Source: Lepidodermella squamata
Lineage: Eukaryota > Animalia > Gastrotricha
Reading direction: 5' to 3'
NCBI GenBank assembly: GCA_047495785.1
Contig: JBLDXI010000007.1
Span: 1 to 64,000 of the forward strand
Length of the DNA stretch: 64,000 nt
Position 1 is the stretch's first letter. Each line of letters begins with the position of its first letter. Of the stretch, positions 1 to 12,800 are shown in pieces. The position numbers and the translations under genes were made by a program. The notes beneath the pieces are model-generated. The model saw only the letters and a list, made by a program, of their open reading frames with translations. It searched no databases and was not told where the DNA came from.

Positions 1-17
1 ACACATCTCGTGAGAGT
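1..17 (+). other. Untrimmed PacBio barcode-like sequence (ACACATCTCGTGAGAG + T)
   Basis: The first 16 nt have no counterpart in the mirrored arm (identity stops at 8682). They match my recollection of PacBio barcode bc1003 and are followed by a T, as expected from overhang ligation. Confidence 0.85.
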
Positions 18-1094
18 TGGTTCGACTGTCGGTACAATCAGATTACATTTCTTCCGTCGAAGGGCCTAGGCAATCACAACAGACTACAAACTCTTCTACT
101 CCAAGGCAACAAGCTGACAACTTTACCGCTTGAATTGGGCCTTGTTAAAACTCTTCGCGAAATTCAGTTTGCATTCAATCCTCTGGAGTTCCCCAATCAA
201 GACATATTATCTCAAGGCACCATGGTGATCAAGAATTTTTTAGGAGCTGTTTTGCAAACGAACGGAAGGGTCTTGAACGTGTTGATTGACGATTCAGCAG
301 CTAATGATACCAATGATGAAGCAAACAGAGGGGACAATGGAAGAGAGAAGCAGCGAAAAGGCTCAGATTCGCCATTTCTTTCTCCTCATCTCCGCAAAAA
401 ATTTTCCTCTAGCGTTGTGAGTATCGACGATAAACTGAAAAGTAAAGCCAACTTGAACACCCATGCAATGGTGGGCACGCCTGAGTTACCCTCAACGGAT
501 GTTCTCCTGATAAAAGTTAAGGAACAAAAATCTAGGGAAGCTCAAAAGAAAAAACTGATGAAAATCGACAAGGTTCTGCAGCGGCAGAGGGACGCACAAG
601 CAATTGACGATTGGAGAAAAGAGACGAAGGAATTACAGCGCCGCAAAGAGCTCGAGAAGCGATACAACGGTGGAAAGTTGGATTACGATGAGCCCGCTCG
701 GATCGCCCCGTTCGGTGTTAGCGACTCTGAAATGCGCATGAAAACCGATTCAGAACGGAGGTCGCATTCGCCTGTAACGCAAAAACCAAGACCTCTGTCA
801 CCAGAGACCGTGGAACGTCTCGAAAAAATCCAAGCTGAGAAAGATGTCGAGCTAACTGTTATGATAAAAGATCACATGACCCGAGTTGTCAGCAGAACCA
901 AAGGCAGAAGCCGAGATAAGACTGCAGATACCGCAACTGCTCAGGACGAGTTGAATATTGCGAAGCAAGAGCTTGAAATTGCCCAGCGGCTTCAGCAAGA
1001 AGTCAGTCGACGCCGGAAAGAAATGGAATTTCGGATGAATATGATTCAACAAAAACTTGCTGCTAGAGTAACTGAGCATGTTGGCAAGAAATAA
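17..1094 (+). pseudogene. LRRC27: 5'-truncated mirror copy of LRRC27 (left arm, likely artefactual)
   Basis: Identical reverse complement of 7605-8682. It begins mid-LRR directly after the barcode. Confidence 0.8.
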
Positions 1095-1357
1095 TGCGTT
1101 CGACTGAATATTTTATATAATGTTGCCTGTCTAACCTTCAATGCATTTACAAAAATATAAAATCTCTATTTTATGTGGTGTGCATTTAATCGATAACAAA
1201 AAATATTATTTTGGACCTACTAAATTGTTCCATGAATATTAAAAGTCTGTGATATCGATTCTATCGAAAAACTTGAGCTGTGTCGCAAAAATAAAGGTAG
1301 ATCGTCTAATCGAATATTTAATTGTTATTTTTTTATTTAGATGAGGAGGAAACATCT

Positions 1358-2721
1358 ATGATTATTCGCTCCTTGCAAAACGCCATCCAGTACTCGAAGC
1401 GACTTACAGAAACTCAAAACCATGGTCAATCATTCCAGAACGTAGTTCCTGACTTGCTCATCGAAGCCACTCATCCGGTTTTCTCCGTTGCGTTGTCCAA
1501 CGATGGCTCTTTACTGGCGATCGGACGACAAAATGGTGTCTTAGACGTCGTTAACACTTGTACGCGACGCATTGCTCATCAATTTTCGGCAACATCAACA
1601 GCTTTGCTCGAGTCAAACTTGCCAATAATATCGTCCAAATTTGGCGTCGCCAATACTCATCTTGTTGCAGCCAGTTGTTCTGGTGAAATATTCGTTTGTA
1701 ACTCGGAAAATGGCTCAAAATCCATGGTCACTGGGACCGATAAGATACCAGATATCATGTCAATGGATTTGTCATCATCGACTTCGCCCCACTTGGTAGC
1801 CGGTTATAAAGATGGGAATATTCGAATATTTGACGTTTCTTCGTCTAAGGTTTGCATTTAGCATTTAAGTTCAAATTCCGTTTGCAATGAAGGATTGATT
1901 TCAGGTAACACGGGAAATTGAGAGATCCAGTGGTACGGCTTTACTGGGCGAGGGATCCGATGATGGACACTCCATGAGAGTGACGGCTGTGAAATGGATT
2001 CCGTCTGGCTATGACAACATTTTCATTTCAGCCGGCTGGGACAGCTTGGTCAAAGTTTGGGATATTCGCCTACCCTCTCCTCTCGTCAAACAGTTCACGG
2101 GCGCTCGAATCTATGGTGAAGGTCTCGACGTGAAGGACAGAATTATTCTCGCGGCTTGCTGGTCAAAGACTGATCAACTTCAAATTTTTGATCTAGCTAG
2201 CAGTCGACGCTTGCTGACGGCCACATCCCCTTTCCCGTGTGATTATTTTTACGCCGGGAGAATTCTTTCAACTCTTGACAGCTTCGTTGGCGCTGGCGAT
2301 GTTGCCCCTGACGGCAAGTTGAGCCTGAAAACTGTAGTTGGCGGCTGCGCTGGCGTTCTTTCAGTATTAGGCATTGAAGAATGCGATTCATCCGGCACGG
2401 ATGAAGGTTTTTCGGTAGGCTAATTTTTATTTTGAAATTGAGTATTACCAAATTGGCCACACTATGACTTGGAATAAGGGCAAGAGAATCATCTCTAGCA
2501 AACTAATTAACGCTTTAAATCAAATTTTACGAATTGTTTGTGTTAATTTTCAGGTTTCTCCCCTCGCAACGTATCAGCCCGACCTGCCAGAATCCGGAAA
2601 AGTAGTCACTATAAACTGCCTCGATGCAAAATCTCAATCAAGTGCCAAGGATTCCAACCCTGCAACGATCGTTGCCATCGGTCTCAACGACGGCCGTTGT
2701 TATCTCTGCAAATTATTGTGA
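1358..2721 (+). CDS. Mirror copy of WD40 gene (left arm, likely artefactual)
   Basis: Identical reverse complement of 5978-7341. Confidence 0.7.
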
Positions 2722-2785
2722 TATTTAAAATCGATCTCATGAACAAATAAAAGCGAGGTGCTTTCAAATATCAAAAATGTTTTAT

Positions 2786-4134
2786 TCATCCGTTTCCAGC
2801 GTTATTAAACATATGAGTGATGTTTTTGTAAGACATCTCGAATTCCTGATTAGACCTATGCGACCTGGGCAGGCCTGTTCTAGGCAATGGCATTTCGCCT
2901 GGCGGACGTGATAAATGCGTTCTTGCTATCGTGTTCGCATAACGCGCTAATAACTTGGGTGAACCATCTGACGTGTGACTTTCACGAACACTCCTCGAAA
3001 TTCCCTCGTGGCGCCTGATTCGCTGGCTCTGCGTCAGCTCTTCCTCAGGGTCGAAAGAATCGAAATCGAAGCTGGTTGATATTCTAGCGTCGACTTCGCC
3101 GTTAGAAATTGACGACGAATCTATCGTCAGATCTGGGTTAGAAAGTTGATCGATGGGCGGTAACATCGCAACATTCAGCGGTGACATGGGTGTTATGACA
3201 TGAGTCAGCCGTGATAACCGCGGCAATGGCGGGCCTTTTACGCGTGGTATTAGTGAGTCAATGTTTGGTAAATTGTCTACTGGTGACGAAGGTTGAGTAG
3301 GTTGATCTGGCTGTTGCGGTGATTCAGTCGCCGTAGCAGCCTCGGCCTCTCGTTTCCTCCTCGCTCTTTTCCGACATTTCACGCAAACGCAAATGCAGGC
3401 AAAAATAACGAGGAAAAAGGCAAAAACGGCATAAGCAGCTAGAAAAACCAGCCAATTGACTATGCAGTAGTAATTCCGGTCGCTTGAGAAACAAACAGAT
3501 TTCGAAGTATCGCAGTTTCGGCAAAGCGAGAGAACTAAGACTGTTAAATTAAGGTGTTGTTCTTCTGCCGATTTTTCGATAAAAGCTTGCACTGAACCAG
3601 TTGTAGTTGTCTGTTTCTTGTAATAAAATACCGCTAAGGCGAGAACATGAGGTTTTGCCGCGTCTGAAAACGAAAGCACTTCAACGGCCCGACATTCATG
3701 GCTAGGATCGTAGCGGCAAAGAGAAGCTATTGTTTCGGTGTAGTTGCCATGGAGGTAGAAGCAGGATTCCTGCATAAAAATCGTTCCATTCAATAAACAA
3801 TCGTTCCACTCAAACTTTTCGTTTGTAGACATATTTTCAATGAGCGTAATTTCAGTATGAAACGGCATAAAACCAGCATATTTCGAATCTAAAAAAAACG
3901 GAAGTTCGAACGATATCTTCGAAAAGAAGCGATATACCCACCTGTTCTTTCTATTGAACTGAATGAGATTGGGATATTTTGAGGCTGAATATGATTGTAG
4001 CTTCTGTTGTTTCTTTCGCTTGCAGATTGAGGAAATGATGATGTAAAACTGAGGGTCGGCATGAGATTCACGGCAGTAAATGTTAGCAAAATTTGACTAA
4101 GGCGTGTTAACCTCGATAGATTGTTCGAAAACAT
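2786..4134 (-). CDS. Mirror copy of single-pass membrane protein gene (left arm, likely artefactual)
   Basis: Identical reverse complement of 4565-5913. Confidence 0.7.
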
Positions 4135-4564
4135 GGACTTGCTAGCTTGTAACCAGAAAACGTGCGCCAAATCTCATATTGCAGATGGCAGCGATGGGTG
4201 GCAATAAAGATAATTGTTTGCCACTGTAAGTTTTTTCGGAAGCTGATATTTGCGTTAAAATTGTTGTATGAGCGTTTCTCCAGAATTCGCTTTCCTGTCA
4301 CGCCTATGTTTACGCTGATTGAGCGCAGCCGCGCACAATTTTTTGTCGTCGCAAATACGAGCGATAAGAAAATTGCTCAGAGGGTATAGATTGAGCTGTA
4401 AACTTAATGTAGAATTCTCAGAAACGCTCATACAACAATTTTAACGCAAATATCAGCTTCCGAAAAAACTTACAGTGGCAAACAATTATCTTTATTGCCA
4501 CCCATCGCTGCCATCTGCAATATGAGATTTGGCGCACGTTTTCTGGTTACAAGCTAGCAAGTCC

Positions 4565-5913
4565 ATGTTTTCGAACAATCTATCGAGGTTAACACGCCTT
4601 AGTCAAATTTTGCTAACATTTACTGCCGTGAATCTCATGCCGACCCTCAGTTTTACATCATCATTTCCTCAATCTGCAAGCGAAAGAAACAACAGAAGCT
4701 ACAATCATATTCAGCCTCAAAATATCCCAATCTCATTCAGTTCAATAGAAAGAACAGGTGGGTATATCGCTTCTTTTCGAAGATATCGTTCGAACTTCCG
4801 TTTTTTTTAGATTCGAAATATGCTGGTTTTATGCCGTTTCATACTGAAATTACGCTCATTGAAAATATGTCTACAAACGAAAAGTTTGAGTGGAACGATT
4901 GTTTATTGAATGGAACGATTTTTATGCAGGAATCCTGCTTCTACCTCCATGGCAACTACACCGAAACAATAGCTTCTCTTTGCCGCTACGATCCTAGCCA
5001 TGAATGTCGGGCCGTTGAAGTGCTTTCGTTTTCAGACGCGGCAAAACCTCATGTTCTCGCCTTAGCGGTATTTTATTACAAGAAACAGACAACTACAACT
5101 GGTTCAGTGCAAGCTTTTATCGAAAAATCGGCAGAAGAACAACACCTTAATTTAACAGTCTTAGTTCTCTCGCTTTGCCGAAACTGCGATACTTCGAAAT
5201 CTGTTTGTTTCTCAAGCGACCGGAATTACTACTGCATAGTCAATTGGCTGGTTTTTCTAGCTGCTTATGCCGTTTTTGCCTTTTTCCTCGTTATTTTTGC
5301 CTGCATTTGCGTTTGCGTGAAATGTCGGAAAAGAGCGAGGAGGAAACGAGAGGCCGAGGCTGCTACGGCGACTGAATCACCGCAACAGCCAGATCAACCT
5401 ACTCAACCTTCGTCACCAGTAGACAATTTACCAAACATTGACTCACTAATACCACGCGTAAAAGGCCCGCCATTGCCGCGGTTATCACGGCTGACTCATG
5501 TCATAACACCCATGTCACCGCTGAATGTTGCGATGTTACCGCCCATCGATCAACTTTCTAACCCAGATCTGACGATAGATTCGTCGTCAATTTCTAACGG
5601 CGAAGTCGACGCTAGAATATCAACCAGCTTCGATTTCGATTCTTTCGACCCTGAGGAAGAGCTGACGCAGAGCCAGCGAATCAGGCGCCACGAGGGAATT
5701 TCGAGGAGTGTTCGTGAAAGTCACACGTCAGATGGTTCACCCAAGTTATTAGCGCGTTATGCGAACACGATAGCAAGAACGCATTTATCACGTCCGCCAG
5801 GCGAAATGCCATTGCCTAGAACAGGCCTGCCCAGGTCGCATAGGTCTAATCAGGAATTCGAGATGTCTTACAAAAACATCACTCATATGTTTAATAACGC
5901 TGGAAACGGATGA
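4565..5913 (+). CDS. Type I single-pass membrane protein, family not recognised (2 exons)
   Basis: Signal-peptide-like N-terminus. Phase-1 intron ACAG|gtgggt...ttttag at ~4758-4810 joins the exons in frame. Cys/N-glycosylation-rich ectodomain, TM helix WLVFLAAYAVFAFFLVIFACICVCV, basic stop-transfer, P/S-rich tail, AATAAA right after the stop. Confidence 0.75.
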
Positions 5914-5977
5914 ATAAAACATTTTTGATATTTGAAAGCACCTCGCTTTTATTTGTTCATGAGATCGATTTTAAATA

Positions 5978-7341
5978 TCACAATAATTTGCAGAGATAAC
6001 AACGGCCGTCGTTGAGACCGATGGCAACGATCGTTGCAGGGTTGGAATCCTTGGCACTTGATTGAGATTTTGCATCGAGGCAGTTTATAGTGACTACTTT
6101 TCCGGATTCTGGCAGGTCGGGCTGATACGTTGCGAGGGGAGAAACCTGAAAATTAACACAAACAATTCGTAAAATTTGATTTAAAGCGTTAATTAGTTTG
6201 CTAGAGATGATTCTCTTGCCCTTATTCCAAGTCATAGTGTGGCCAATTTGGTAATACTCAATTTCAAAATAAAAATTAGCCTACCGAAAAACCTTCATCC
6301 GTGCCGGATGAATCGCATTCTTCAATGCCTAATACTGAAAGAACGCCAGCGCAGCCGCCAACTACAGTTTTCAGGCTCAACTTGCCGTCAGGGGCAACAT
6401 CGCCAGCGCCAACGAAGCTGTCAAGAGTTGAAAGAATTCTCCCGGCGTAAAAATAATCACACGGGAAAGGGGATGTGGCCGTCAGCAAGCGTCGACTGCT
6501 AGCTAGATCAAAAATTTGAAGTTGATCAGTCTTTGACCAGCAAGCCGCGAGAATAATTCTGTCCTTCACGTCGAGACCTTCACCATAGATTCGAGCGCCC
6601 GTGAACTGTTTGACGAGAGGAGAGGGTAGGCGAATATCCCAAACTTTGACCAAGCTGTCCCAGCCGGCTGAAATGAAAATGTTGTCATAGCCAGACGGAA
6701 TCCATTTCACAGCCGTCACTCTCATGGAGTGTCCATCATCGGATCCCTCGCCCAGTAAAGCCGTACCACTGGATCTCTCAATTTCCCGTGTTACCTGAAA
6801 TCAATCCTTCATTGCAAACGGAATTTGAACTTAAATGCTAAATGCAAACCTTAGACGAAGAAACGTCAAATATTCGAATATTCCCATCTTTATAACCGGC
6901 TACCAAGTGGGGCGAAGTCGATGATGACAAATCCATTGACATGATATCTGGTATCTTATCGGTCCCAGTGACCATGGATTTTGAGCCATTTTCCGAGTTA
7001 CAAACGAATATTTCACCAGAACAACTGGCTGCAACAAGATGAGTATTGGCGACGCCAAATTTGGACGATATTATTGGCAAGTTTGACTCGAGCAAAGCTG
7101 TTGATGTTGCCGAAAATTGATGAGCAATGCGTCGCGTACAAGTGTTAACGACGTCTAAGACACCATTTTGTCGTCCGATCGCCAGTAAAGAGCCATCGTT
7201 GGACAACGCAACGGAGAAAACCGGATGAGTGGCTTCGATGAGCAAGTCAGGAACTACGTTCTGGAATGATTGACCATGGTTTTGAGTTTCTGTAAGTCGC
7301 TTCGAGTACTGGATGGCGTTTTGCAAGGAGCGAATAATCAT
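5978..7341 (-). CDS. WD40-repeat protein (3 coding exons)
   Basis: WD repeats GHSMRVTAVKW...FISAGWDSLVKVWDIR and VAGYKDGNIRIFDV. GT-AG introns link ORFs 6838-7377, 6276-6725 and 5978-6235. Start codon uncertain. Confidence 0.85.
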
Positions 7342-7604
7342 AGATGTTTCCTCCTCATCTAAATAAAAAAATAACAATTAAATATTCGATTAGACGATCT
7401 ACCTTTATTTTTGCGACACAGCTCAAGTTTTTCGATAGAATCGATATCACAGACTTTTAATATTCATGGAACAATTTAGTAGGTCCAAAATAATATTTTT
7501 TGTTATCGATTAAATGCACACCACATAAAATAGAGATTTTATATTTTTGTAAATGCATTGAAGGTTAGACAGGCAACATTATATAAAATATTCAGTCGAA
7601 CGCA

Positions 7605-8936
7605 TTATTTCTTGCCAACATGCTCAGTTACTCTAGCAGCAAGTTTTTGTTGAATCATATTCATCCGAAATTCCATTTCTTTCCGGCGTCGACTGACTTC
7701 TTGCTGAAGCCGCTGGGCAATTTCAAGCTCTTGCTTCGCAATATTCAACTCGTCCTGAGCAGTTGCGGTATCTGCAGTCTTATCTCGGCTTCTGCCTTTG
7801 GTTCTGCTGACAACTCGGGTCATGTGATCTTTTATCATAACAGTTAGCTCGACATCTTTCTCAGCTTGGATTTTTTCGAGACGTTCCACGGTCTCTGGTG
7901 ACAGAGGTCTTGGTTTTTGCGTTACAGGCGAATGCGACCTCCGTTCTGAATCGGTTTTCATGCGCATTTCAGAGTCGCTAACACCGAACGGGGCGATCCG
8001 AGCGGGCTCATCGTAATCCAACTTTCCACCGTTGTATCGCTTCTCGAGCTCTTTGCGGCGCTGTAATTCCTTCGTCTCTTTTCTCCAATCGTCAATTGCT
8101 TGTGCGTCCCTCTGCCGCTGCAGAACCTTGTCGATTTTCATCAGTTTTTTCTTTTGAGCTTCCCTAGATTTTTGTTCCTTAACTTTTATCAGGAGAACAT
8201 CCGTTGAGGGTAACTCAGGCGTGCCCACCATTGCATGGGTGTTCAAGTTGGCTTTACTTTTCAGTTTATCGTCGATACTCACAACGCTAGAGGAAAATTT
8301 TTTGCGGAGATGAGGAGAAAGAAATGGCGAATCTGAGCCTTTTCGCTGCTTCTCTCTTCCATTGTCCCCTCTGTTTGCTTCATCATTGGTATCATTAGCT
8401 GCTGAATCGTCAATCAACACGTTCAAGACCCTTCCGTTCGTTTGCAAAACAGCTCCTAAAAAATTCTTGATCACCATGGTGCCTTGAGATAATATGTCTT
8501 GATTGGGGAACTCCAGAGGATTGAATGCAAACTGAATTTCGCGAAGAGTTTTAACAAGGCCCAATTCAAGCGGTAAAGTTGTCAGCTTGTTGCCTTGGAG
8601 TAGAAGAGTTTGTAGTCTGTTGTGATTGCCTAGGCCCTTCGACGGAAGAAATGTAATCTGATTGTACCGACAGTCGAACCAAGATAACAATGGAAACGAC
8701 TCGAAGAAAGATTCAGGAAGTGAGCAAAGTTTATTGGTATTAATATTGAGATACTGCACAGTGTTGAAATCCAAAACCGCAGGTGGCAGGGTAACAAGTT
8801 GCCTACGGGAAACATCCACCCACGGAATTCCTCGACGCTTGTAAAACTCAATTGCGCTATCGATATCATTTTCTCTTGAATTTGTTGCGCCAGTATTCTC
8901 TGTTGATTCTACTTCTTGCAAGCTAGACAGCAGCAT
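7605..8936 (-). CDS. LRRC27: Leucine-rich repeat-containing protein 27
   Basis: LRRs LCSLPESFFESFPLLSWFDCRYNQITFLP...LQTLLLQGNKLTTLPLELGLVKTL...NPLEFP..ILSQG..VIKNFL closely follow the LRRC27 pattern, followed by a coiled-coil tail. Confidence 0.8.
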   Translation of the reverse strand: MLLSSLQEVESTENTGATNSRENDIDSAIEFYKRRGIPWVDVSRRQLVTLPPAVLDFNTVQYLNINTNKLCSLPESFFESFPLLSWFDCRYNQITFLPSKGLGNHNRLQTLLLQGNKLTTLPLELGLVKTLREIQFAFNPLEFPNQDILSQGTMVIKNFLGAVLQTNGRVLNVLIDDSAANDTNDEANRGDNGREKQRKGSDSPFLSPHLRKKFSSSVVSIDDKLKSKANLNTHAMVGTPELPSTDVLLIKVKEQKSREAQKKKLMKIDKVLQRQRDAQAIDDWRKETKELQRRKELEKRYNGGKLDYDEPARIAPFGVSDSEMRMKTDSERRSHSPVTQKPRPLSPETVERLEKIQAEKDVELTVMIKDHMTRVVSRTKGRSRDKTADTATAQDELNIAKQELEIAQRLQQEVSRRRKEMEFRMNMIQQKLAARVTEHVGKK

Positions 8937-9393
8937 TTCTGTAGACTGGTTATTCTGAACAAAATATCTAAAAAGCATGAGAAGAAGTAGGTAAATTTGC
9001 AAAGAGAAATATTCAATAGATTACAAAAGTAACGATTGAGAACGCCAAATTTTAACAATAAAAACTTGTGAAATGTAAAAGAACAGCCTTCAATCATCGA
9101 GAAAAGGCGTTTGATAAGTATCCCAGCGACTAGCAATATCACTACCCAGAATAGGAACCTGATGATGACCGGGGCATTATTAGGTACCAGATAAAAATTA
9201 CGGTTTCACAACGTCCATGATTGTTCGGTGAGGTCGCTAATAATCGGTGGGTAAATGAGTAGATGAGAGCCCGAAGCCAAAATCGTATGCGGCGTGACTA
9301 AGGACGCTTTATTACAAAATATTTAGAAAACATTACTTTTTAAATTTTAGTTTATTGTGTAAAATTTGTATAATTAAATGTCAATGCCAATAA

Positions 9394-9405
9394 GGTCACG
9401 TGACC
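9394..9405. promoter_or_regulatory. Palindromic E-box GGTCACGTGACC in the divergent LRRC27/ICE1 promoter
   Basis: Perfect 12-nt palindrome (USF/TFE-type motif). A related CACGTGACC occurs in the TRPT1/RSL1D1 divergent promoter near 28174. Confidence 0.45.
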
Positions 9406-9824
9406 AGTTGACCCCTGACCCAAATTCGGTGATTCAAGACGCTGTGCACGTGTTTCTCTAGGGTTTTTCCGTCTCGGGTCTCCTGCATGCTTACAGGTGG
9501 TTTTCCGTTTTTTAATCGGAAATACATGTATATTGCTTCAATTATCTACTCGGCACTGTTTTCCTAAATTGCCGAAGCTTGTGATTTATTGATCAGTCAC
9601 TTGCTGGTCTGTCGGTCATTGAACTACGTTCTGAAGTTCAAGCAGAATGTTGGGATTAGAATCATGTCATGACTGCTCGGGATTGAGACAGGTTAATTTT
9701 ACAAATTTAAATTTCTAGATTTTGATGTTACGATAACTTAACCGAATGCTATCGGGTACAACTCCTGAGTCATCAGTTCATGAGCTGTCTAATAGCTTTC
9801 TGATCAGCATCAGTCTCAACCAAA

Positions 9825-12800
9825 ATGATTACTGTTGCTTGTGAAAACTACAATAATGGCAATGAGGTAACGCAATGTAGCTAATGCTTAAGAAAAACGC
9901 GCATCGTTAACACATGACTTCAGCATGATAATTATTGAAACATTGGTTACTTGCATTTGGTCTTAGGATTTTCTATCATAAGCCTTGAGTTTATTGATGA
10001 ACATTATTTACTTTCAGGAACTGGAGTCTCTCAGGAAGTCCAGTGAAAACTTCTTGCTGCTGAAAGAGCGTATCGTTAGCACTGAGTAAGTAATCAACAT
10101 GTGACATATTTTGTTTCATGAGTGTTTTCTCTTGCAGTGAAATTATTCGGCGTTACCAGTCCAAGTTGGCAGAATCAACAAGCAGAGCTCAACAAATTCA
10201 GGAACTCCGAAAGCAATGCGACTTGCTCAAATTGTAAATCATTGCAGTTAGTCGAACATTTATTTTATTTTGGTTTTATGTCGTTTTCTAGGAAGGCTGA
10301 CGCCGCCGAAGAACAGCTAAATTCTTTTCTTCGCACTGCGGAAAATCACGAAAAAGTAACGTTGATCCCGGTATTGTTTTGAACTGCCTATATGCCATAT
10401 TTTGCAGGTAAAAGGTGACTATGAAAATCAGATTCAATCTCTGAATGACCGAATCGCTGAACTTGAAAGTCAGCTTGAATTGGAGAAGGTAAACGCCTTC
10501 ACAGTTAACTTGAGCTGTATCATCGTTTGTGTTTTCAGGCAGGTATTAGGCTGCTACAAGAACAGCTAACGGGGAAAAATGATCTCTTGCGAAAATCTGA
10601 GCATTACGACGCAAACATGAAAATAATGGAGAACAAAGTCAAAACATGTACTCGTGAGTTATCTGTTCTCAAAAAATTGTGACTTTGCAAAACATTAGAT
10701 GCTTTTTGTTTTCAGGCGATCGAGAAGAAGCATTATTGGATATGGCTGAATCGAGGCGAGAGCTAAAAATAGCCCTTGAAAGGATCAAGAAATACGAGAA
10801 ATTGCTTAAACAACATGGGTTGTTGGATCAGGACAGTTTTGCTGAGATACTCGAAAATCCGTTCGAAGATGTTCCTTCTACTGCGGGAGAGCTACCTGAT
10901 GTGTCATCAAGTATCAGCAGAAAAAGAAATCGCGACCCTGAAGCAGGCGAAGAGCCCATTCAGAAATCAGCCGATGCTCAACCTGAGAAGAAAAGAACCG
11001 CTGCTCGAAAAGAGACTGAAAAGTCTCCCGTTGCTAAGGGTCGTGAAAAGTCTCCTGTTGCTAAGGGTCGAAGTGGTCGCCCGAAGAAAGGAACTGAAAA
11101 GGCTCTAACTGCGTCGGACTGGTTCGGAAGTGCGGCTGCCGATCGTGCCGCAGAGGAAGGTTCAAAGGAAACATCGTCTCCATCAAAACGACCTGAAAAT
11201 GCATTCATCAGTGACAATGAAGAAGAATCTCATGATCCCAAGTCACCCCTTGCGAAACGAACTCGTGTGTTGTCAGCGTCTCTGGACGATGCGCCACTTC
11301 CTGATATTGAACTGCCATCACTTGCGCTTGACCTCCTATCCGGCCCGGAGCCCGACTTGTTTGGGGCATCAACCTCATTCGAACCAACGGCCACGAGTTC
11401 TCAACTACCACCCAAATCTAAAGCTGCTGTTCCAGCGGATTCTCATTCTACAGGGACAAGAGCGTCACGGTCAACTGCTAGTTCGAGACTCAACTCGACG
11501 GTTAATAGCGCGACGAAAAAATCAGCCCATCCACCCCGGACAACGGCTGCTGTATCATCGACTACGCCTTCAGCTTCTGGCGGGCCAATCACGCTGCTTA
11601 GGAATGAACCGTCTGTTTCCAAAGCGCGACCAACAGAAACAAAAATAGCATTGAACGCATTTTTGTTTGGTGATCTCAGCGAAGGCGAGAGTGACGAAGA
11701 TTCTCCCGAACCTTCAAAATCTACCGAAAAGCAAGCTGAACCGAAAAGCAGCGAAGTGAAATCTGCTGAAAATGTGAAGCATAGTCTTCAGAAACCAATT
11801 GAAAAAGACAAAACTCTACCTCAGAGAGCTCCTGCAGTTTCAAAAGCCGCAGATCAGCCAAAATCGTCAGTACCTACTCGAGCAGAACCTCGACATCGAG
11901 CTAGTGCTGCAGGTATATTTCGCGGTAGAAATAAGCCGAAAGAGCCTGCTCTACCGGCGAATAATACACCTAGTCAAAATACTAAAGAAGCTGAATTCAT
12001 CGAACCGTCACAAATATCAGCCGCTATCGCCTTAGAATCATCAGCTAGCACGCAGCAGATACCGCATTCGCAAACAACAGTGCTTGAATTATCAGCAGTT
12101 GCAGCTGAAGCAGCTACGACAACTTCAAAAACTGATGATTCTTTGTCTTATATCGACCGAGCTGCCGAAATTGTAGAAAGCCGGACCGAGTTACAAGCCG
12201 CTGTCTCCGCTGTAATTGACGAATCACGAAAATCTCTACCAGACGGCATCCCATTCGCAATTTTCGATATTCCAGTGGCGATTGAACCGATGTTGAGCCC
12301 CACTCGAGAGGAGCCTTTTCAAGCTGAGGACGTTGCTGCTAAAATTATTGAAAACAATCAAATTGCTGAAGCCGTCGGCTCACCCCATTTACCATCGAAA
12401 CAGAATTCAGAGGAAAATGCCCCAATACAGAAGGTAGATGTGAATGCTGATATTACAAATAGTACTGAAACTGTCCTTGCGGCTCCGCTAACTTCTGATG
12501 ACGCTCCGATTGTTCAAGATGCGTGCTCAGAACAAGTTGAACCCGAGCTGAACTTCAATGTCCAAAATGCTGCACCACCGAGCCCCAATGTTCCCGATAC
12601 AGTTGAGTCAATTGCAATTGAGTCGGCTGAAAAGAATGATGAAATAGTCAATCCTGCGATTGAAAACTCAGCCGCTATTGACGATTCTGTTGAAACCGAA
12701 AAGCAAAAAATTCGCGATTCTGACGATGTTCAACCTACTGTTCTGGAACCAGCAATGCCAAGCCAAAGCCCAGCTCATGAAGTGGAGCATGTTCCTGAGC

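Larger units (their letters stand above)
17..8682. repeat. Perfect inverted duplication: arms 17-4279 and 4420-8682, 140-nt spacer; probable MDA fold-back chimera
   Basis: Position x mirrors 8699-x. All mirrored ORFs are identical in protein sequence (e.g. 2786-3868 vs 4831-5913, 1322-1861 vs 6838-7377). Confidence 0.97.

Noticed and set aside
17-4279. Real recent duplication of LRRC27, WD40 and the TM gene
   Set aside because: No visible divergence, contig-terminal position, a barcode at the tip and junction microhomology all favour an amplification artefact.
11017-11070. 27-nt tandem duplication EKSPVAKGR x2 in the ICE1-like gene
   Set aside because: Ordinary slippage repeat in a disordered region.
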